Part shown: in pieces, positions 26,257 through 32,000 of the stretch
Layout of the letters: each line of letters begins with the position of its first letter
Numbering within the stretch: position 1 is the stretch's first letter
Assembly (NCBI RefSeq): GCF_016127575.1
Contig: NZ_CP066018.1
Location: 2,760,001 to 2,792,000, forward strand
Direction of reading: 5' to 3'
Origin: Cupriavidus necator
Lineage (GTDB): Bacteria; Pseudomonadota; Gammaproteobacteria; Burkholderiales; Burkholderiaceae
Length of the DNA stretch: 32,000 bases
Position numbers and translations under genes: made by a program
Notes under the pieces: model-generated
What the model was told of the DNA's origin: nothing
Database searches by the model: none
The model's input: only the letters and a program-made list of their open reading frames with translations

Positions 26257-26847
26257 ATGACCCAGCCGATTGACCTGCGCGCGCTTGATCTCTTCGCCTT
26301 GTGCCGGAAGGGTGAAAGCCTGGCCGGCGACGTGGCGGTGCGGGATTTGCCGCGCATCTTAGCCGAGACCGCCGCGCAAGCGCCAGCCTCGGCACCCGAT
26401 GAGACGTTTGCCTATACGGTCACTGGCTTCATGCGTGAAGAGGCGGCCGAGCCGGGCGCCGCGGTGGCGCGGCGGCTGTTTCTCGACGTGACCGTGGAGG
26501 GCCGGATCTGGCTGGATTGCCAGCGCTGCCTGGCCCCCTATGCCGAGCCGATCGATACGGCAACGCGTTTCGAGGTGGTGGAAAGCGAGGAAGCGGCCGA
26601 CGCCGCGCCGATGGACGACGACGAAGTCGACGTGATCGCCGGCTCGAAGCGTTTCTCGCTGCTGGACCTGATTGAAGATGAAGTGCTGCTGGCGTTGCCG
26701 GTGGCCCCCAAGCATGACGTCTGCCCGACGGTGCACGAAAGCCTCGTGACCGGTTCGGACGGCGAGGCGCAGCCAGAGGCTGAGCCTGAGGAAGAAAAGC
26801 GGCCTTCGCCCTTTGCGGCGCTGGCCGGCCTGAAGACCAAGCATTGA
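26257..26847 (+). CDS. yceD: DUF177 protein YceD (large-subunit rRNA accumulation protein)
   Basis: ATG 26257 lies 7 nt after GGAG. 196 aa. Has a CQRCL motif, an acidic C-terminal half, and sits immediately upstream of rpmF as in other proteobacteria. Confidence 0.85.
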   Translation: MTQPIDLRALDLFALCRKGESLAGDVAVRDLPRILAETAAQAPASAPDETFAYTVTGFMREEAAEPGAAVARRLFLDVTVEGRIWLDCQRCLAPYAEPIDTATRFEVVESEEAADAAPMDDDEVDVIAGSKRFSLLDLIEDEVLLALPVAPKHDVCPTVHESLVTGSDGEAQPEAEPEEEKRPSPFAALAGLKTKH

Positions 26848-26966
26848 TGCCGCCGGCAGGCGGTGCGCAAGGTCTTGCAGGTGAATCTGAAGCATCCGGC
26901 CGGGCCCCGGCTACGCCTTGGGCGGGATGCGTGTGTTAATATTGAAAAATTCTCGAAGGAGTCATC

Positions 26967-27146
26967 ATGGCTGTTCAACAGAACAAGAAGTCGCCGTCCA
27001 AGCGCGGCATGCACCGTTCGCACGATCACCTGTCGGCAGCGCCGCTGGCAGTTGAGCCGACCACCGGCGAAACCCACCTGCGCCACCACGTCAGCCCGAA
27101 CGGCTACTACCGTGGCCGCAAGGTCATCAAGACCAAGAACGACTGA
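26967..27146 (+). CDS. rpmF: 50S ribosomal protein L32
   Basis: 59 aa, below the ORF-track length cut-off. [65 protein letters not shown] lies 6 nt upstream. Confidence 0.95.
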   Translation: MAVQQNKKSPSKRGMHRSHDHLSAAPLAVEPTTGETHLRHHVSPNGYYRGRKVIKTKND

Positions 27147-27222
27147 TAGCTTCGTTCGGCGTGACGTTGCGTCTCGCTCGCGCATGCCTGTAGGTCGGAC
27201 ACTAAAAGGTCAGAGACAAAAA

Positions 27223-27248
27223 AGCGGCAAGATCGTTGCCGCTTTTTT
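27223..27248 (+). terminator. intrinsic terminator/attenuator after rpmF
   Basis: AGCGGCAA-GATC-GTTGCCGCT followed by TTTTTT. It lies between rpmF and plsX. Confidence 0.7.
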
Positions 27249-27311
27249 GTTGGGCGCTCGGATTTCCCGCCGGGCGTGGCGTGCGCCGCCGCGCTATCCG
27301 TACCAGGAACA

Positions 27312-28391
27312 ATGACGATCAAAATCGCTATCGACTGCATGGGCGGCGATCACGGAGTCTCCGTGACGGTGCCTGCGGCGATCAGTTTTCTTTCCCGCCA
27401 CGACGACGCCGAGATGGTGCTGGTCGGCTTGCCCGACGCCATCCGGACGCAGCTGAAGAAGCTGCACGCGCTGGACCATCCGCGCGTGACCATCGTCGAG
27501 GCCACCGAGGTCATCACCATGGATGACCCGGTCGAGGTGGCGCTGCGCAAGAAGAGGGATTCCTCGATGCGCGTCGCCGTCACGCAGGTCAAGGAAGGCC
27601 TGGCCGGTGCCTGCATCTCCGCCGGCAATACCGGCGCGCTGATGGCGGTGTCGCGCTATGTGCTCAAGACGCTCGAAGGCATCGAGCGGCCGGCCATCGC
27701 CACCACCATCCCGAACGAGCAAGGCTGGGGCACCACCGTGCTGGACCTGGGCGCCAATGCCGACTGCGAGCCCGAGCACCTGCTGCAGTTCGCGCGCATG
27801 GCCGAAGCCATGGTGGCCGTGGTCGACCACAAGGAACACCCCACGGTGGGCCTGCTGAACATCGGCGAGGAAGTCATCAAGGGCAATGAGGTGGTCAAGC
27901 GTGCGGGTGAACTGCTGCGCGCCTCGGAGCTGAACTTCTACGGCAACGTGGAAGGCAACGACATCTTCAAGGGCACTACCGACATCGTGGTCTGCGACGG
28001 CTTCGTCGGCAACGTGGCGCTCAAGAGCACCGAGGGCCTGGCCAAGATGATCGGCAGTATGATCAAGGAAGAATTCACCCGCTCGTGGTTCACCAAGCTG
28101 CTGGCCGCGGTCGCCATGCCGGTGCTGTCGCGCCTGGCCAGGCGGCTCGACCCGGCGCGCTACAACGGCGCCTCGCTGCTTGGGTTGCGCGGGCTGGTGA
28201 TCAAGAGCCACGGCTCGGCCGATGCCCATTCTTTTGAGTGGGCCATCAAACGCGGGTATGATGCCGCCAAGAATGGCGTGATCGCCCGCATCACCCGGGC
28301 TTTTGCCGATAAATCCAGCGCCGCAGGCGCTGCACAGCCCGCCCCGGAGACAGAGGTGCCTGGCGCGCATCCCAGCCCCCACGTCGCCTGA
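27312..28391 (+). CDS. plsX: phosphate acyltransferase
   Basis: [15 protein letters not shown] is the canonical PlsX start. Also has NIGEE and [12 protein letters not shown] motifs. 359 aa. Confidence 0.93.
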   Translation: MTIKIAIDCMGGDHGVSVTVPAAISFLSRHDDAEMVLVGLPDAIRTQLKKLHALDHPRVTIVEATEVITMDDPVEVALRKKRDSSMRVAVTQVKEGLAGACISAGNTGALMAVSRYVLKTLEGIERPAIATTIPNEQGWGTTVLDLGANADCEPEHLLQFARMAEAMVAVVDHKEHPTVGLLNIGEEVIKGNEVVKRAGELLRASELNFYGNVEGNDIFKGTTDIVVCDGFVGNVALKSTEGLAKMIGSMIKEEFTRSWFTKLLAAVAMPVLSRLARRLDPARYNGASLLGLRGLVIKSHGSADAHSFEWAIKRGYDAAKNGVIARITRAFADKSSAAGAAQPAPETEVPGAHPSPHVA

Positions 28392-28443
28392 GCGCCACGC
28401 GCGCCGGTCGAGGGTGCCTGCGGGCCATACGATCCGACAATAC

Positions 28444-29424
28444 ATGACCAAGTACGCAAAAATCATCGGTACCGGGAGCTACCTGCCTCCGCGGCGCGTG
28501 ACCAACCATGACCTGGCCACGCAGCTTGCCGAAAAGGGCATCGAGACCAGCGACGACTGGATCGTCTCGCGCAGCGGCATTTCGGCACGCCACTGGGCCG
28601 AGCCGGATGTGACCAGCAGCGATCTTGCGGTCAAGGCTGCCGAGCAGGCCATCGAAGCCGCCGGCATCGACCGCCAGAGCATCGACCTGATCATCGTCGC
28701 CACCTCGACGCCGGACTTCGTGTTCCCCAGCACGGCCTGCATCGTGCAGGAAAAGCTGGGCATCACCAACCACTGCCCGGCGTTCGACCTGCAGGCGGTG
28801 TGCTCGGGCTTCGTGTACGCGCTGGCCACCGCCGACAAGTTCATCCGCAGCGGCTCGCACCGCAACGTGCTGGTGATCGGCACCGAGGTGTTCTCGCGCA
28901 TCCTGGACTTCAACGACCGCACCACCTGCGTGCTGTTCGGCGACGGTGCCGGCGCCGTGCTGCTGTCGGCGTCCGAGGAGCCGGGGATCCTGTCCACCGC
29001 GATGCACTCGGACGGCAGGCATGTCGATATCCTGTGCGTGCCGGGCAACGTCGCCGGCGGCAACATCACCGGCAACCCGTTCCTGCACATGGACGGCCAG
29101 GCTGTGTTCAAGCTGGCCGTGAACGTGCTGGACAAGGTCGCGCGCGAAGCCATGGAGGCTGCCAGCGTGACGCCGGGCCAGATCGACTGGCTGATTCCGC
29201 ACCAGGCCAATATCCGCATCATGCAGGGCACGGCAAAGAAGCTGGGCCTGCCGGCGGAGCGCATGGTCGCCACCGTGCATGAGCACGGCAACACCTCGGC
29301 GGCGTCGATCCCGCTGGCGCTGGACGTCGCGGTGCGCGACGGCCGCATCCGCGCGGGCCAGACCGTGCTGATGGAAGGCGTGGGTGGCGGCTTCACCTGG
29401 GGCGCGGTGCTGCTGCGCATGTGA
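28444..29424 (+). CDS. fabH: beta-ketoacyl-ACP synthase III
   Basis: [24 protein letters not shown]... Has the active-site Cys context ([15 protein letters not shown]), HQANIRI and [12 protein letters not shown]. 326 aa. Confidence 0.95.
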   Translation: MTKYAKIIGTGSYLPPRRVTNHDLATQLAEKGIETSDDWIVSRSGISARHWAEPDVTSSDLAVKAAEQAIEAAGIDRQSIDLIIVATSTPDFVFPSTACIVQEKLGITNHCPAFDLQAVCSGFVYALATADKFIRSGSHRNVLVIGTEVFSRILDFNDRTTCVLFGDGAGAVLLSASEEPGILSTAMHSDGRHVDILCVPGNVAGGNITGNPFLHMDGQAVFKLAVNVLDKVAREAMEAASVTPGQIDWLIPHQANIRIMQGTAKKLGLPAERMVATVHEHGNTSAASIPLALDVAVRDGRIRAGQTVLMEGVGGGFTWGAVLLRM

Positions 29425-29429
29425 TTCGC

Positions 29430-29490
29430 GGCCGGCGCCATGGCATGCCGCGCATGCGGGGCATGCCGCGGCGCCGGCCACCCGTTTCTT
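29430..29490 (+). terminator. compound GC-rich hairpin plus T-rich tail between fabH and fabD (attenuator/processing-site candidate)
   Basis: The outer 10-bp stem GGCCGGCGCC (29430-29439) / GGCGCCGGCC (29470-29479) encloses GCATGC-rich inner pairing. It is followed by CCCGTTTCTTGTT. Confidence 0.4.
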
Positions 29491-29507
29491 GTTAGGGTTC
29501 CAATCCG

Positions 29508-30437
29508 ATGAAATTCGCTTTCGTATTTCCCGGCCAGGGTTCGCAGTCGGTCGGCATGCTCAATGCCTTCGCCGATAACGCCGTGGTGCGCGCCACCGTG
29601 GAAGAGGCCTCGGCCGCGCTCGGCCAGGATCTCGGCCGCCTGATCGCCGAAGGCCCCGCCGAAGAGCTGAACCTGACCACCAACACGCAGCCGGTGATGC
29701 TGACCGCCGCAGTGGCGGTCTACCGTGCCTGGCTGGATGCCGGTGGTCCGGCACCGGCGCTGGTTGCCGGCCACAGCCTGGGCGAGTACTCGGCGCTGGT
29801 GGCCGCGGGCGTGATCCCGTTTGCCGACGCGGTACCGCTGGTGCGCTTCCGCGCGCAAGCCATGCAAGAAGCCGTGCCGGTGGGCGAGGGTGCCATGGCC
29901 GCGATCCTGGGCCTGTCCGATGACGACGTGCGCGCCGCTTGCGCCGAGGCATCGGCCGCCGGCGTGGTCGAGGCCGTGAACTTCAACGCGCCGTCGCAGG
30001 TGGTGATTGCCGGGCACAAGGCCGCGGTCGAGAAGGCCTGCGAAATCGCCAAGGGCAAGGGCGCCAAGCGCGCGCTGCCGCTGCCGGTGTCGGCGCCGTT
30101 CCACTCGTCGCTGCTCAAGCCCGCTTCGGACCGCCTGCGCGAGCGCATGGCCGGCCTGGCTTTCTCGGCGCCGTCGATCCCGCTGGTGAACAACGTCGAC
30201 GTCGCCATCGTCAATGATCCGGATGCGATCAAGGACGCCCTGGTGCGCCAGGCCGCCGCGCCGGTGCGCTGGGTCGAGTGCGTGCAGAAGATGGCCGCCG
30301 AAGGCGTCACGCACGTGATCGAATGCGGCCCCGGCAAGGTGCTGGCCGGCATGACCAAGCGCATCGACGGCAACCTGACCGGCGGTGCGATCTTCGATCC
30401 GGCCTCGCTGCAAGACACGCTGGCACTGCTGAAGTAA
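29508..30437 (+). CDS. fabD: malonyl-CoA:ACP transacylase
   Basis: MKFAFVFPGQGSQSVGM, the GHSLGEYSAL active-site serine motif and the length (309 aa) fit FabD. Confidence 0.95.
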   Translation: MKFAFVFPGQGSQSVGMLNAFADNAVVRATVEEASAALGQDLGRLIAEGPAEELNLTTNTQPVMLTAAVAVYRAWLDAGGPAPALVAGHSLGEYSALVAAGVIPFADAVPLVRFRAQAMQEAVPVGEGAMAAILGLSDDDVRAACAEASAAGVVEAVNFNAPSQVVIAGHKAAVEKACEIAKGKGAKRALPLPVSAPFHSSLLKPASDRLRERMAGLAFSAPSIPLVNNVDVAIVNDPDAIKDALVRQAAAPVRWVECVQKMAAEGVTHVIECGPGKVLAGMTKRIDGNLTGGAIFDPASLQDTLALLK

Positions 30438-30453
30438 GCAAGAGGACATCCGC

Positions 30454-31203
30454 ATGACCAAACTTCTCGACAACCAGGTTGCGCTGGTCACCGGCGCCTC
30501 GCGCGGCATCGGCCGCGCCATCGCGCTGGAACTGGCCCGCCAGGGCGCCACCGTGATCGGCACCGCCACCAGCGAAGCCGGCGCGGCCGGCATCACCGAT
30601 TACCTCGGCGCCGACGGCCTGAAGGGCAAGGGCGCCGTGCTCAACGTCAATGACGCGGCCGCTTGCGACGCGCTCATCGACGAGATTGTCAAGACCCACG
30701 GCGGCATCGGCGTGCTGGTCAACAATGCCGGCATCACGCAGGACCAGTTGGCGATGCGCATGAAGGACGAGGACTGGCTGGCCGTGATCCAGACCAACCT
30801 GACTTCGGTGTTCCGTCTGTCGCGCGCGGTGCTGCGCCCGATGATGAAGGCCCGCCAGGGCCGCATCATCAATATCACTTCGGTGGTGGGCTCGGTCGGC
30901 AACCCCGGCCAGATGAACTACTCTGCTGCCAAGGCGGGCGTGGCGGGCATGACCCGCTCGCTGGCCGCGGAAATCGGCAGCCGCAACGTGACCGTGAACT
31001 GTGTCGCGCCGGGCTTTATCGACACCGACATGACCAAGGCGCTGTCCGAAGAGCAGCATGCTTCGCTCAAGACGCAGATTCCGCTGGGTCGCCTTGGCCA
31101 GCCGGAGGATATCGCCAACGCAGTGGCCTTCCTGGCTGGCCCGCATGCCGCTTACATTACCGGCACTACGCTGCATGTGAACGGCGGGATGTACATGAAT
31201 TAA
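30454..31203 (+). CDS. fabG: 3-oxoacyl-ACP reductase
   Basis: SDR family, with TGASRGIGRAIA cofactor motif, NNAG and the YSAAK catalytic motif. 249 aa. Position between fabD and acpP. Confidence 0.95.
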   Translation: MTKLLDNQVALVTGASRGIGRAIALELARQGATVIGTATSEAGAAGITDYLGADGLKGKGAVLNVNDAAACDALIDEIVKTHGGIGVLVNNAGITQDQLAMRMKDEDWLAVIQTNLTSVFRLSRAVLRPMMKARQGRIINITSVVGSVGNPGQMNYSAAKAGVAGMTRSLAAEIGSRNVTVNCVAPGFIDTDMTKALSEEQHASLKTQIPLGRLGQPEDIANAVAFLAGPHAAYITGTTLHVNGGMYMN

Positions 31204-31328
31204 TGGGGTTTTGGCTGGCTGGTTTCGGGGGAGAAGCCCGAAGAAGCCGCCTGAAGTAGTAGTTTTCCGAACCAAACGGGCGCGATTCTTGCAAAGCTTG
31301 GCAGGCGGCATTTCTGTCGCCTCAAACC

Positions 31329-31337
31329 TGCTAAAAT
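31329..31337 (+). promoter_or_regulatory. candidate extended -10 promoter for acpP
   Basis: TGcTAAAAT lies 37 nt upstream of the acpP ATG. There is no convincing -35, which is acceptable for extended -10 promoters. E. coli acpP is known to have its own promoter. Confidence 0.35.
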
Positions 31338-31373
31338 GCGCCCACTTTTTGTCGAACTTCCCTGGAGGGTTAC

Positions 31374-31613
31374 ATGGACAATATCGAACAACGCGTCAAG
31401 AAAATCGTGGCAGAACAGCTTGGCGTGGCCGAGGCAGATATCAAGAACGAATCGTCGTTCGTGAACGATCTCGGTGCGGACTCGCTGGACACGGTTGAAC
31501 TCGTGATGGCGTTGGAAGATGAATTCGGCATGGAAATTCCTGATGAGGAAGCCGAAAAGATCACGACCGTGCAACAGGCTATCGACTACGCCACCGCGCA
31601 CGTCAAGGCCTAA
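31374..31613 (+). CDS. acpP: acyl carrier protein
   Basis: 79 aa. [18 protein letters not shown]...[20 protein letters not shown] contains the DSL phosphopantetheine attachment site. GGAGGG SD lies upstream. Confidence 0.97.
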
Positions 31614-31634
31614 GCCCGTCGTCTCTGCATTCCG

Positions 31635-31702
31635 AGCCACAGAAGGCAGGTGGGCGGGCCGTTGCGGCCGCGCCTTGCTGTTTTCTGTGGCTTTCGTCTG
31701 TT
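31635..31702 (+). terminator. long imperfect hairpin plus T-rich tail after acpP (partial terminator candidate)
   Basis: GCCACAGAA (31635-31643) pairs with TTCTGTGGC (31682-31690), enclosing GC-rich internal pairing. It is followed by TTTCGTCTGTTT. Confidence 0.45.
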
Positions 31703-31803
31703 TGAAGAAGCAGAATGGAATGTGCTTCGCCGCGCGGCCCGCAAGGCCGGCGGCGGGCTGATCTCCGTTCCGTTCCCGTTTCACGCACCCGTAGGAAAAC
31801 ATA

Positions 31804-32000
31804 GTGAGCCGTCGTCGCGTCGTCGTCACTGGGCTTGGCCTTGTGTCTCCGGTCGGAAACACGGTTGCCGAAGGCTGGGCCAACCTGGTTGCCGGCAAGT
31901 CCGGCATCGCCACCATCACCAAATTCGATCACTCCGCGCTTTCCGTGCACTTTGCCGGTGAAGTGAAGGGTTTCAATGCCGAGGACTACATCCCGGCCAA
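31804..32000 (+). CDS. fabF: beta-ketoacyl-ACP synthase II (3' end truncated by window)
   Basis: GTG start follows [48 protein letters not shown] is the canonical KAS II N-terminus. Position directly after acpP. Confidence 0.9.
   Translation, partial: MSRRRVVVTGLGLVSPVGNTVAEGWANLVAGKSGIATITKFDHSALSVHFAGEVKGFNAEDYIPA

Noticed and set aside
28479-30596. 705-aa minus-strand ORF opposite fabH/fabD/fabG, and the 396-aa ORF at 28291-29481
   Set aside because: They are antisense shadows (28479-30596 in register with fabD, 28291-29481 in register with fabH). The fab genes on the plus strand are unambiguous.

Overview
High-GC (about two-thirds G+C) betaproteobacterial chromosome, probably Cupriavidus/Ralstonia-like Burkholderiaceae. 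That placement is an inference from a Bug-family receptor, codon bias and gene order, not a database result. The window is densely packed with conserved housekeeping genes. In order: (1) a co-directional cupin / Bug receptor / acyl-CoA dehydrogenase / family III CoA-transferase / IclR module; (2) a stand-alone tRNA-Asn; (3) a 7Fe ferredoxin plus a TrxR-type ferredoxin-NADP reductase; (4) a secreted hypothetical protein, then pncB; (5) a LutC-like LUD protein, an ArsB/NhaD-type permease, a 2-hydroxyacid dehydrogenase and rmuC; (6) a moaA-mobA-moeA molybdenum cofactor operon; (7) rne (RNase E) with a roughly 0.8 kb non-coding region shared divergently with rluC; (8) a HAD hydrolase, small Rieske protein and SppA peptidase; (9) an RsmI-like methyltransferase plus a Maf/YceF-like protein; (10) the classical yceD-rpmF-plsX-fabH-fabD-fabG-acpP-fabF cluster, with fabF cut by the window end. 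I see no CRISPR array, IS element, integrase, prophage or defence-island signature and no compositional island, and I cannot honestly point to a clear novel system. The least-explained parts are the long structured rne/rluC intergenic region, including a terminator-like hairpin on the strand with no gene; two substrate-unknown gene modules; a small Rieske protein translationally coupled to a HAD hydrolase; and several GC-rich hairpins inside the fab operon. The many very long ORFs on the opposite strand are in-register antisense shadows of real genes, typical of high-GC3 genomes, and are rejected.
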